A model generated the notes under the pieces. The model saw only the letters and a program-made list of their open reading frames with translations, was not told where the DNA came from and searched no databases. A stretch of 64,000 nucleotides of DNA, from contig CAXXWQ010000004.1 of NCBI GenBank assembly GCA_963674945.2, positions 96,001 through 160,000 on the forward strand, in the 5' to 3' direction. Position numbers and translations under genes: made by a program. This document shows, one piece after another, positions 19,423 to 29,800 of this stretch. Numbering within the stretch: position 1 is the stretch's first letter; every line of letters starts with the position of its first letter. Source of the stretch: an uncultured Desulfosarcina sp. Its GTDB lineage: Bacteria; Desulfobacterota; Desulfobacteria; Desulfobacterales; Desulfosarcinaceae.

Positions 19423-19791
19423 TTGAAACGACTCCTCGTCACCGGCGCAAGCGGTTTTCTCGGATGGAATATCATCCAGACCGCCATGGACCAATGGGAG
19501 GTGTACGGCACCTATCTGAACCATGCCGTCACCGTATCCGGTGCGAAGCTTTTCCGTACGGATCTCACCCGGTATCAGGATCTGAAACAAACCTTTCTCC
19601 ACATCATGCCCGATGCGGTCATCCATGCGGCTGCGGTGTCCGAGACCAACGTCTGTGGGCAACATCCACATCAGCCCCGGACGATCAACACGGACGCATC
19701 CCGGGACAGCAGCCGGGCCAATGCCATGGGATTTTGTCCCGGATCGATCAAAGAGGAATTGCGGTTTCTCAATACTCGTTTGGTTGAATAA
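19423..19791 (+). pseudogene. Truncated RmlD-like (dTDP-4-dehydrorhamnose reductase) SDR
   Basis: KRLLVTGASGFLG...PDAVIHAAAVS...IN, after which similarity ends; no YxxxK. SD GGAAGGA before TTG 19423. Confidence 0.7.
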
Positions 19792-19797
19792 AGAATC

Positions 19798-20817
19798 TTA
19801 TCTTTCCGTACCGGATTTCACGAAACGATGGGGTGAGATATTCAGTTCCGGCTCGCTTTTCGTCCTCTCGGAGCAATTCTCCCAGCAAGGACCCGTATCA
19901 TCGGCAACCAACGACGTGCCACAGGGATCCATGTGTATCAGAACACTGGCATTGCCTTTAAAATGGTCCGAAACAAGCCGTTCGAGGGCCTTTGCATGGG
20001 CATGGGCGGTTTCGAGCCGTTGATCACGGGGCAAGACGAGGTGAAGGTCGATATGCACCAAATTTCCGCTTCGCCAGGCCCGAAGCCGGTGGATGTCAAC
20101 CCAGTTCACCTCACGGTTGTCCTCCAGCAGGCGAGTGAGTTCCTCGAGCAGGGCAGGATCGGATGCGTCCATTAATCCGGATATGCTCTGCGCTACCAAC
20201 CGGGCACCGGTGAACAGGATATGTATGCCCACGAGGCAGGCAATGGCGCCGTCAAGCCAGAGCCAATTTGTCCACTGCACCAGAAAGAGTCCCACCACCA
20301 CACCCACGCTGGTGATCACGTCCGTAAGCACGTGACGCCCGTCTGCAATCAGGGTCAACGACTGCAATCGTTTTCCCACGCGCACCAGGCCCAATCCGAG
20401 CAGCAGGTTGACTCCGGAGGCGACCACGAGAATAAACAACCCGGATTGCAGGTTGACGAGTGTCCTGGGCTCGAATACATGGGAGATACCGTTTTTGAAG
20501 ATGCCGACGGAAGCAAAAATGATCAAGGCCCCTTCGAATCCGGCGGAAAAATATTCGATCTTGCCATGGCCGTAGGGATGGCTTTCGTCCGGAGGCTGGG
20601 CGGCCATCCATATGCTGACAACGGCGAAGGCGGCGGCAACGACATTGATGATGGACTCCAGCGCGTCTGACAATACCGCGGCAGATCGGGTTAAATGGTA
20701 GGTGTAAAATTTGACGGAAACCAGAACGATGGAGACCAGAAGCGAAATGCCAATGGCCGTAATGGCCATTCTACTGCTTTTTCCATTGGGAGGGTGAAGG
20801 GTTTTTCCGCTTTTCAT
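19798..20817 (-). CDS. Cation diffusion facilitator (FieF-like) transporter
   Basis: SAAVLSDALES, PPDESHPYGHGKIEY, ADGRHVLTD, IHMDPC. Start codon uncertain. Confidence 0.9.
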   Translation of the reverse strand: MKSGKTLHPPNGKSSRMAITAIGISLLVSIVLVSVKFYTYHLTRSAAVLSDALESIINVVAAAFAVVSIWMAAQPPDESHPYGHGKIEYFSAGFEGALIIFASVGIFKNGISHVFEPRTLVNLQSGLFILVVASGVNLLLGLGLVRVGKRLQSLTLIADGRHVLTDVITSVGVVVGLFLVQWTNWLWLDGAIACLVGIHILFTGARLVAQSISGLMDASDPALLEELTRLLEDNREVNWVDIHRLRAWRSGNLVHIDLHLVLPRDQRLETAHAHAKALERLVSDHFKGNASVLIHMDPCGTSLVADDTGPCWENCSERTKSEPELNISPHRFVKSGTER

Positions 20818-20944
20818 ATTAGGGAACACTATACGATTCCACAAACTTTCCGGCAACCCCTTTTTCATAAACACCGTGACACAGGATGGAAAATCGGTTA
20901 CGGTGGCGGACACTTATAAAAACGCAACCGATCGGAGATGATGA

Positions 20945-21301
20945 ATGTCACAACAAGAAAGAATCGATTTTGGTGTGGACAGTAACAATCTTTACAGGGA
21001 AGACGGAATCACGGATCTGAAGGTCGCCTCCATTCGCCGCATGATACCGGTCACCGCAGACGGCAAGGACGACACCAGCCGATCGACGATCTATTTTGGC
21101 CACACCCAGATCATCACACCACAAGGTCCCCTTCCCCTTCAGGCCAGATTGATGGCCAACAACGTGACCGAAGCCATCGCGGCATTTCCCGCCGCCATGG
21201 AGCAGGAAATGAACAAAATGATCGCACAAATCCAGAAGATGCAAGAGGAAGAACAGAGAAAACAGCAAAACGACTCCCGGATCATCGTCCCCGGCCGGTA
21301 A
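20945..21301 (+). CDS. Conserved hypothetical cytoplasmic protein
   Basis: 118 aa with SD GGAG: NLYREDGITDLKVASIRRMIPV...SRIIVPGR. Confidence 0.75.
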   Translation: MSQQERIDFGVDSNNLYREDGITDLKVASIRRMIPVTADGKDDTSRSTIYFGHTQIITPQGPLPLQARLMANNVTEAIAAFPAAMEQEMNKMIAQIQKMQEEEQRKQQNDSRIIVPGR

Positions 21302-21305
21302 GACC

Positions 21306-21584
21306 ATGGAGATTCGGGTCGATTGTTACGCCGGCTACCGTGGCGAAGAGACCCCCAGGCGGTTGATTCTTGGCAAACGCAGAATCACCGTCGCAACGAT
21401 ATTGGATCGTTGGCTGGCGCCGGATCACCGATACTTTAAAATCATGGGAGGCGATGGCGGGTGTTACATTATCCGCCACGCCCCCTATGAGCAGACATGG
21501 CAGCTCATCAGCTTTCGTGACGGTTCGAATTCGTCTTTTTATCCCTTTTCGGATTTTCCAACCGATCCATCCGCCCCTTGCTGA
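21306..21584 (+). CDS. Small hypothetical protein
   Basis: MEIRVDCYAGYRGEETPRR...DRWLAPDHRYFK; tight operon spacing. Confidence 0.7.
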   Translation: MEIRVDCYAGYRGEETPRRLILGKRRITVATILDRWLAPDHRYFKIMGGDGGCYIIRHAPYEQTWQLISFRDGSNSSFYPFSDFPTDPSAPC

Positions 21585-21688
21585 CTCCCAAGTTGAGCGT
21601 TTCATCTTTTTCGGGTGGAGATAAATTGGATCGATTGCATTATTAATATCGAACCCCTTACGATTCTCCATCCAAAAGAGGAAGAGGA

Positions 21689-22249
21689 ATGATACGGATT
21701 CACATCGGAAGCATCCTCGAAAATGGGCTTGACCTTGTACAGACCATTGCGGCGGACCGACTGCCGTTGCTCAATGAGATCCCCGGAGAGGACCGGGTCG
21801 TTTTTAACCGTCCGATTCAAGCGCGTATTCATGCGACCCGTTTCGGCGATACCGTGAGCATCCGGGGAACCCTTTCCGCCCAGGCAAGAATCTCATGTTG
21901 CCGATGCCTGAAACCCTTTGATCTGCCAATCGAAACGGAATTTACCGCAACGGCAATCCCACGAAAGGAGACCCCTTCGGGCACCGAAGAAAAAGAAGAG
22001 ATCGAGCTTACACCGGAGGAGATGGATGTAATCCACTACAGTGGAGACCACATCGAACTCGGTGAGGAGGTGGCCCAGCAAATCATCATGGACATTCCCA
22101 TCAAACCGCTGTGTCGAGAAACCTGCAAAGGCCTTTGCAGTCGATGTGGTACGGACCTCAACATATCGACCTGCCAGTGCGATCAGAAACGCAAAGACAG
22201 TCCCTTTGCGGCACTCAGGACCTTTTCTTTCCCCAATAAACCAAAATAG
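21689..22249 (+). CDS. yceD: YceD/DUF177-family protein
   Basis: CCRCLKPF, PIKPLCRETCKGLCSRCGTDLNISTCQC, SPFAAL. Confidence 0.88.
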   Translation: MIRIHIGSILENGLDLVQTIAADRLPLLNEIPGEDRVVFNRPIQARIHATRFGDTVSIRGTLSAQARISCCRCLKPFDLPIETEFTATAIPRKETPSGTEEKEEIELTPEEMDVIHYSGDHIELGEEVAQQIIMDIPIKPLCRETCKGLCSRCGTDLNISTCQCDQKRKDSPFAALRTFSFPNKPK

Positions 22250-22369
22250 CCGCTGGAAATCAGACGCAGCCGGGTTGACAACTTACCTGTAAGAACGTAT
22301 TTCATTTTCGTCCGGCCCATAGAAGCTTCGGGCACCGAACCAAACCCCCATATGCCATCAGGAGAGCCC

Positions 22370-22951
22370 ATGGATTTTAAGTATCATATCGAAACTGCCT
22401 GGAAACTGACCCTTGGCAATATCGTCTCCCTACTTCTCATGACACTGGTAATGTTTGCTTTAAGCATCATCACATTTGGCATCATGGGTCCGGTGACCAT
22501 GGCTGGTTTCACCCAGAGCCTCCTGTTACTGATCCGAAACGGAAGGGAACCCAAAGTACAAGATCTCTTTTCATATATGAACTTGTTTCTGCCGCTGCTG
22601 GGATTCGGGGTCGCGGTGTTTTTCATGACCACCATCGGATTCTCCATCTACTTTCTGCCCGGCGTTATTATCTCCGTGGCCATCACATTTTGTTGTGCCT
22701 ATGCAGTACCGCTGATAACAGACAATAATCTTTCGATCATCGATGCGGTGAAAGAGAGCTATGCAATGGCCATGAGGGGTGAATTGGTGGATCACGTGGT
22801 GACGGTAACCATCTTTCTGGCAATTTCCATGATCGGCACATTGGTGTTCATCGGTGTTCTCTTCACCCAACCCTTCGCCACGTTGTTTTTACTCTCCACA
22901 TACGAAGAAAAGTGTAAAACGGCTGCACCGCCCACGCCGCCGAGAGCATGA
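22370..22951 (+). CDS. Hypothetical integral membrane protein
   Basis: Several hydrophobic helices; SD GGAG before ATG 22370. Confidence 0.8.
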   Translation: MDFKYHIETAWKLTLGNIVSLLLMTLVMFALSIITFGIMGPVTMAGFTQSLLLLIRNGREPKVQDLFSYMNLFLPLLGFGVAVFFMTTIGFSIYFLPGVIISVAITFCCAYAVPLITDNNLSIIDAVKESYAMAMRGELVDHVVTVTIFLAISMIGTLVFIGVLFTQPFATLFLLSTYEEKCKTAAPPTPPRA

Positions 22952-23030
22952 CTCGTTTTTTATTCCGTAATGAAAGACTGGTCCACTGGCAGGGGCTATA
23001 GAGAAACAGCTCTTCCGTAGGCTTGTTGTA

Positions 23031-23160
23031 AAAATCCAGGAGTCAGAATTCAGAATCCAGAATCAGGTATTCGCCTTCTGCTCGATCCATCTTATCCGAT
23101 CGATGAAGCGAAGCGACATCAACCTCATTCTGTCTCCTTAATTCTGGCTTCTGACTCCTA
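23031..23160. repeat. Dispersed palindromic heptamer-rich repeat, copy 2
   Basis: ATCCAGGAGTCAGAATTCAGAATCCAGAATCAGG...CTCGATCCATCTT...ATTCTGGCTTCTGACTCCT; reverse complement of copy 1; lies between convergent genes. Confidence 0.8.
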
Positions 23161-23230
23161 CAATCCCTTAGGAGAGAGCCCCCCACCCAAAAGCCGTTCT
23201 CTTGGCAACTGGATTTACTGACCGCTGTAC

Positions 23231-24232
23231 CTACATCCTGGCCTTTCTCCTACGCAATTTATCATACGCCGCGCGCAACTTCAGAAAGGTTTCCGGGTCA
23301 CCACCTCTGTCCGGATGGTGGTGCAATGCACGTTTCCGGTATTGTCGGGCCAGCGCCCGGCAATCCATTTTTTTCAGTTGGTCCACACTCACGCCAAACA
23401 GCCGGGCGGAAGCCTCCAGGCTGACCTGAACGCTTTTCGGCGGCCGGTATTCCCGGTGGCGATTTCGAAAATCCTCCATAAATTGTAGAAACGGATCGCG
23501 AACGGGAAAACTGTGGTCGAAATACATGATCGCATAGCGGACCAGGTGCTGTCGCAGTCCCGACTCCGGCTCGCTTCCCTGCCAGAAAGTGTCGTCGGCA
23601 TTGAGCCCGCACAGGGCTTTTATGAAAAATCGATCCATTTGATAGCGATCCAGCCCCTCGGGATGGCTGCGGGAAAAGGATTCGGTGAAGTATGCATTCA
23701 ACTGGAAGATTTCATAGGTGTAGCGGGCCTTTTCCGTAGGCTTGAGGATACGTTCCGCCCTGATAAAATCGTGTTCGATTTCGTCCCGGGATTTGTGTTG
23801 CAGGTTCCGATAGAATCGATCCGGCACGCATCCAGGATTCGTGTCGTTCACCTTGCCCATTTTAAGAAAATGAAGACGAAATCGATCGAATCGGTGAAAG
23901 GCATCGGCCGGCATGCAGTCGCCGGAGGAGGCACCGCCGGTTTTGCTTGTACGATCGAACCCGTCGATGACACGGCGGATATGCAGCGGCAGAAAGGGAA
24001 GGAAGATGGGTTCCAGGTCCGACTGATCGACCGGGACCCCCTTTGCACAGATGTCATCTTCCACCGCCGTATCGATGTAGAAGCCGTTTCCACCGGGATA
24101 GACGATGAACTGTGACGGATCACTGCCCAGGTCGAATACATCCCTGCTTCGATAACATTGTCCATCATAGTAGGAGTGCCGGATGATGTATCGAAAATTC
24201 GATCCGTTTTCCCTTTTCCAGGCGAGGTACAT
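23231..24232 (-). CDS. Protein with a C-terminal DnaJ (J) domain
   Basis: ARQYRKRALHHHPDRGGDPETFLKLRAAYDKL contains the HPD motif. Confidence 0.85.
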   Translation of the reverse strand: MYLAWKRENGSNFRYIIRHSYYDGQCYRSRDVFDLGSDPSQFIVYPGGNGFYIDTAVEDDICAKGVPVDQSDLEPIFLPFLPLHIRRVIDGFDRTSKTGGASSGDCMPADAFHRFDRFRLHFLKMGKVNDTNPGCVPDRFYRNLQHKSRDEIEHDFIRAERILKPTEKARYTYEIFQLNAYFTESFSRSHPEGLDRYQMDRFFIKALCGLNADDTFWQGSEPESGLRQHLVRYAIMYFDHSFPVRDPFLQFMEDFRNRHREYRPPKSVQVSLEASARLFGVSVDQLKKMDCRALARQYRKRALHHHPDRGGDPETFLKLRAAYDKLRRRKARM

Positions 24233-24389
24233 GGGATTTTCTCCCTTTGCGTTTCAAATTTTCTAAAATTATAAAAAACTTTTCCCATTTTCAACCAATG
24301 TCAACCCCCCCCAAAAAAATAAGATCCTTTCATGTGGCCATATTGCATGGCTTGCGCAAAAAAAGCTTTTTCTGGTATAGGCGCTCTTC

Positions 24390-25577
24390 ATGAAACCGAA
24401 CACCAAATCCGCACATGCCGAAGAAACCACCGCAACCACCCCATTCGACCTTTTCGGCGTAGTGGCGGTTTCCATCGGTCACTTCATCCATGACATCTAT
24501 TCCAGTTTCCTTTCGCCGCTTCTGCCGCTGCTCATCGAAAAATTGTCCATGTCCTTGACCCAGGCGGGTCTGCTCTCCACGGTGATGCAGCTCCCCGCCC
24601 TGCTCAACCCCTGGATCGGAACCTTGGCGGACCGGATCAGCGTGCGGTGGTTCCTTGTGTTGGCGCCAACGCTGACGGCTGTTCCCATGAGCCTGATTGG
24701 TATCGCCCCGTCCTATGCCATCTTGCTGGTACTGATGGTCTTCGCCGGCATCGGCGTGTCGGTTTTCCACGTTCCCGCACCGGTGGTCGTGGCCCGTATG
24801 TCCGGGAATCGGAAAGGAATGGGCATGTCTTTCTTCATGGTGGGAGGAGAGGCGGCCCGAGCGGCCGGCCCCATGGTCGCCGTGGGCCTGGTCGCCCTGA
24901 TGGGAATCGAAGGCTTCTACCCGGTAATGGGCGTAGGGGTCGTCTTCTCGGCCCTTTTGTTTCTTGCGACGAAAAATCTGCCGGTGACCCACTCCTCCAA
25001 AAAGCCGACGCCCTTGCTCGGTACCTGGAGAGAATTGAAAGGATTTTTCATTCCCATCACGGGTATTTTGGTGGCCAGGGGGTTCATGCATGGATGTATG
25101 GCAACTTTTTTGCCCACCTTTATCACAATGAACACGGGCAATTTATGGCTGGCGGGTGCGGGCCTGACCATCTTCGAGACAGCCGGTGTGGGGGGCGTGA
25201 TCGTGGCCGGCACATTGAGCGATTATCTCGGCCGCAGACGCATGTTGACCCTGTCCCTGCTCACGGCACCCATCGCCATTTTGGCCTTCGTGTGGTCCGA
25301 CGGATGGATCGCCTATGTGCTGCTGGGATTTTGCGGCTTTACCTTGCTCTCCACGACCCCTGTGATGCTGGCACTGATTCAGGAAAACGCGGCAACAAGT
25401 CCGGCCGCCGCCAACGGTCTTTTCATGATGATCTCTTTTTTATCCCGATCGGCGGTGGTTGTGATCGTCGGGCTGTTCGGAGATTGGATCGGACTCAAGG
25501 CCACATATATCCTCTTTGCACTGGTTGGATTTCTGGGACTGCCGTTTGTGTTGCGGCTACCAGTTGACGACAAATGA
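24390..25577 (+). CDS. MFS transporter (Fsr-like)
   Basis: GHFIHDIYSSFLSPLLP, GTLADR, GVSVFH, GTLSDYLGRR. Confidence 0.88.
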   Translation: MKPNTKSAHAEETTATTPFDLFGVVAVSIGHFIHDIYSSFLSPLLPLLIEKLSMSLTQAGLLSTVMQLPALLNPWIGTLADRISVRWFLVLAPTLTAVPMSLIGIAPSYAILLVLMVFAGIGVSVFHVPAPVVVARMSGNRKGMGMSFFMVGGEAARAAGPMVAVGLVALMGIEGFYPVMGVGVVFSALLFLATKNLPVTHSSKKPTPLLGTWRELKGFFIPITGILVARGFMHGCMATFLPTFITMNTGNLWLAGAGLTIFETAGVGGVIVAGTLSDYLGRRRMLTLSLLTAPIAILAFVWSDGWIAYVLLGFCGFTLLSTTPVMLALIQENAATSPAAANGLFMMISFLSRSAVVVIVGLFGDWIGLKATYILFALVGFLGLPFVLRLPVDDK

Positions 25578-25582
25578 TTTTA

Positions 25583-25626
25583 TAAAAAGCTTTTCCAGGC
25601 CATGCATGGCCTGGAAAAGCTTTTTA
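25583..25626. terminator. Perfect 44-bp palindrome, bidirectional terminator
   Basis: TAAAAAGCTTTTCCAGGCCATG|CATGGCCTGGAAAAGCTTTTTA between convergent stop codons. Confidence 0.85.
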
Positions 25627-26529
25627 GGGTGGACAGACAGACAGCACCGGACAAGAGACATTTCGAATCACCCGGTCGGTGGTGGACCCTAACAGCAAGG
25701 TCTCCACGAGGGATTGGCCGCGAACACCGAGCACGATCAGATCGATTCCATTGGCATCGGCATAGGATTTCAATACCTGAAACGGCTTTCCCGACTCGCA
25801 CGACGTTTTGATCGTGCACCAGTTTCGCGCGTCTTCCGGCACAAGGGCTTCCAGCCGCTCCTGGCAATCGCCGCTTACCGCAAAGGACGATTCCGACTGA
25901 CTGGATGTCGTCAGCATGGTATCCCTGTAAACGAAAGGCTCGACGACGTGCACGAGGTGAATGACGGCCTCGAACTCCTGGGCCAGGCTCAAACCAAAGG
26001 ACACGGCATGATCCGAAGCGGTCGAGAAATCACAGCCCACGAGTATCTGTGAAAAACCGAATCCCTTGAACTGCTTTTCAGGCGGCCCCGCTTTTTCTGA
26101 CGGTGTCACGACCAGAAGAGGCGTGGAAATGGTCCGAAGAAGCCTTTCCGTCACCGATCCCAGAAACAATCGTTTCAGACCGGTATGGCCATGGGTGGAG
26201 ACGATGACCAGATCCGCCGCTTTTTCCCCGGCCAACCGACAAAGGGTGCTGGAGATGGGGCCGACTTCGACGAATGCGTGCCAATCCAAATCATGGTCTG
26301 CCACCAGAGACTTGATCTGATTGAGGGCACCGGTCTTCATCTCTTCGATCTGATCTTCCTGATAGACGAAAGCAACACCATGCATGGTTACCAGAGGAAG
26401 ATCGATGATGTGACAGATGTAAAGGGTTGCCCCGAATTCCTTTGCCATGCCAATGGCCTGAACGATGGCCTGGTTTGAAAAATCGGAAAGGTCGGTTGCA
26501 CAGAGAATGCGATGAAAATTGATTTTCAT
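25624..26529 (-). CDS. Tandem universal stress protein (two UspA domains)
   Basis: ILCATDLS...LFLGSVTERLLR and ILVGCDFS...LLGSTTDRVIR. Confidence 0.93.
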   Translation of the reverse strand: MKINFHRILCATDLSDFSNQAIVQAIGMAKEFGATLYICHIIDLPLVTMHGVAFVYQEDQIEEMKTGALNQIKSLVADHDLDWHAFVEVGPISSTLCRLAGEKAADLVIVSTHGHTGLKRLFLGSVTERLLRTISTPLLVVTPSEKAGPPEKQFKGFGFSQILVGCDFSTASDHAVSFGLSLAQEFEAVIHLVHVVEPFVYRDTMLTTSSQSESSFAVSGDCQERLEALVPEDARNWCTIKTSCESGKPFQVLKSYADANGIDLIVLGVRGQSLVETLLLGSTTDRVIRNVSCPVLSVCPP

Positions 26530-26847
26530 GATTCACCTCCTTTTAATCAAAGGCAAGAAAAAGCGCCCAGCAGGCTGACGCCGCCACAAAACGGGGTACC
26601 GGAAAAAATATCCTGCATGGTGGGTTGACGCTTCTTTCACCATAACCGCCCCCATCTGCGCTGTCAAAACAAAACCGCTTTTAACCCCCATTGATTCTTG
26701 CGAAATCATCATCGAAAGAGTATAAAGATTATTTCGTTCGACGAATGAGACACCGACATGTCGTCGATCATTTCAGTGATAGTGCCCACCCGGAAACAGG
26801 ATACCTGTTTTCCGGATGGGTACGAAATAATTTTCATGATTGGTCCC

Positions 26848-29800
26848 ATGACAAACAAACCAACCCCCATCGCGGTCGTCGGGATGGATGGCATTTTTCC
26901 CGGTGCACAGAACCTCGATGCATACTGGCATAACATCGTAAACGGCATCGACTGCTCTGTCCCGGTTCCCGAAAACAGGTGGATTGCCTCCCCTTCGGAT
27001 CGGCTGCGCACATCGTTGACCCCGGATCATCCCTACTCCCGGCATGCATGCCTCATCGAAGACATTTTTTTCGATCCACAGGCGTTTTCCCTGGACCCTG
27101 TGTTGACCCGTCGCTTGGACCCGGTCCATCACCTGACCCTCATGGCGGGCAAACGGGCGGTTTCCAATTGTCGGACATCCCAGTTGGATGCAAGCCGCAT
27201 TCACACCATCATCGCCGCCATCGCCCTTCCCACGGACGGGGCCTGCGCTTTCACCCGCAAAGTGATGGGAATGGCCATCGAAAAGGCTCTTTTCCCCCAC
27301 GGGGTCAAACCGGCCGCGCCGGTGACCAGGGCCGAAGCGCTGGCCAGTCGGGCAGACGGCCTTGCCGCAGCATTGTTGGCCGCGGAAATGGGATTCGGTG
27401 GCGACAATTTTACCCTGGACGCGGCCTGCGCCTCCTCCCTGTACGCCATCAAGCTATCCTGCGATGCCCTGTGGGCGAACCGTGCCGACATGGTTGTGAC
27501 CGGCGGGGTCTGTCGCCCCGAATGCCTTTACACCCAGACCGGTTTCAGTCAGCTTCAGGCGCTCTCTCCATCGGGACGGTGCGCCCCCTTCGACCACCGA
27601 GCGGACGGACTGGTGGTGGGAGAAGGCGTCGGGATCATCGTCCTGAAGCGCCTTTCCGACGCCATCGATCAAAAAGACACCATCCACGCGGTAATCCGGG
27701 GCATCGGCCTTTCCAACGACATGCGCGGCAACCTGCTGGCACCGGAAGTAAGCGGCCAGGTCCGCGCCATGGTGCAGGCCTACCAGATGGCCGGCTGGGA
27801 CCCCTGGGATGTGGATCTCATCGAATGCCACGGCACCGGCACCCATGCCGGCGATACCTCGGAAATCCAGAGCCTGACGCAGATGTGGGAGAAGGCGCCG
27901 TCCACGGCACAGCGGTGCGCCATCGGATCGGTCAAATCCATGATCGGCCATCTGCTCACCGCCGCCGGTGCGGCCGGCATCATCAAGACCCTTCTGGCCA
28001 TGGGGCACCGAACCCTGCCGCCTTCCATCAATTTCGAACGGCCACCGGCCGACAGTCCCCTTGCTGACAGCCCGTTTCGGGTGCAGACCAGCCCTGAAAG
28101 CTGGCGCCGCCGCAATCCGGACTGTCCCAGGCGTGCGGCGGTAAGTGCCTTCGGCTTCGGTGGCATCAATGGCCACATCCTGTTTGAACAATGGAACCAA
28201 ACCGCCGTTTCGGCTGCCAACACACAAAAAGAGCCCATAACCGTCGAAAAGTCCGGCAGCCCAAAGAGATTTGCGCCCATTGCCATCGTGGGGATGGACA
28301 TATCCGCGGGAACCGCTTCCCACCTGAAATCATTCGAACGGGCCGTTTTCGAAGGCCAAAGCGCAATCGGTGGAAGAGCCGCGGGCCGATGGAAGAACGC
28401 CGACGCCGCCATCGTCCATCAGTTGCGCGGCACCGATCCCCACGGCGCCTATGTAAAGGAACTTTTCGTCGGTCTCGGAGAGTTTCAGATTCCCCCGAAG
28501 GAACTCGATGACATCCTGCCCCAACAGCTGATGGCACTCATGGTAGGTGCCGGCGCCCTGGCCGATGCAGGCTTTGCCCTTCGCCAGCCAAGAGAGCGCA
28601 TGGGTGTCGTCGTGGGCATCGATTTCGATTTCGAGGCGACCAACTTCCACCTGCGCTGGCAATTGCACGGCGCCGTACGAAGATGGAACCGGCAATACGA
28701 TCTGGGACTGGACGAAACCGAGCTGGATCGATGGCTCGAAGATTTGCGGGATCAATGCGGACCGCCCCTCACCCCTTCACGGGTCGTCGGGGCCTTGGGT
28801 GGTATCGTGGCCAGCCGCATGGCCAGGGAGTTTCGGTTCGGCGGTCCCAGCTTCGTCGTCAGCGCGGACGCCGCATCGGGCATCAAGGCGCTGCAAGTGG
28901 CCGCCGATCAGCTGGGACAAGGCTTCGTTGACGCAATGGTCGTTGGAGCGGTGGATCTGGCCGGAGAGGGACGAAGCGTGATTCGCATGGATCGCACATT
29001 TCCCGTCAGTCCGACCAATCGATTGCGGCCCTATGACGGTACGGCCGACGGAACACTTCCCGGCGATGGTGCCGCGGCCCTGGTGCTCAAGTCACTGGAC
29101 CGGGCACGCGCCGACGGCGACCGCATCCATGCCGTGATTCGGGGAGTGGGCAGTGCCGGTGGAGACGATTTTACGAGCGGTTCGCTGACGGAAGCCACAT
29201 ACAGGCGATCCCTGGACCAATGCATTTCCATCTCCGGTGTGGGTGCTGCATCCATCTCGTTGTTTGAAGGCTGCGGAATCGGCGTTCCCGAACTGGATCG
29301 ACTGGAGTTGGACACCCTTTCCAACCATTTTGCGCCGGTCGTCGGGGACGATCCTTCGGCGGCCATCGCCCTGGGCGCCACGACGCCCGTCATCGGCCAT
29401 ACGGGAGCCGCCAGTGGCCTGGCATCGGTGGTAAAAACCGCATTGTGCCTTTCCCGGCGCCGCCTCGCGCCCCTGGTTGGATACGAAAGCCCCCCAAATT
29501 CCACGATGGATCTCGCCGGATTTCACGTCCCCGTGACTGCCCAGCCCTGGTTCCGGGACCGGCAGCAAGGTCCGCGAACCGCCTGCGTCGCCGCCATGAC
29601 CAAGGACGGCGGGTGTGCCCACGTCCTTTTGCAGGAAGAGGAAACGGATCAATGTCAAACGACGGACCATCACTATTTGACGTCCGTCCTCCGATCACCC
29701 GGCCTCTTCGTAATTACCGGCGACGATGGAAAACAGATACAAGAAGGCGTGTCCCGTCTGGAAAAAGCGCTGACCGGTGATGCCGGCACTGTCTCCATGG

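Noticed and set aside
17281..23160. CRISPR array interpretation of the repeats
   Set aside because: No regularly spaced direct repeats with unique spacers, and no cas genes.
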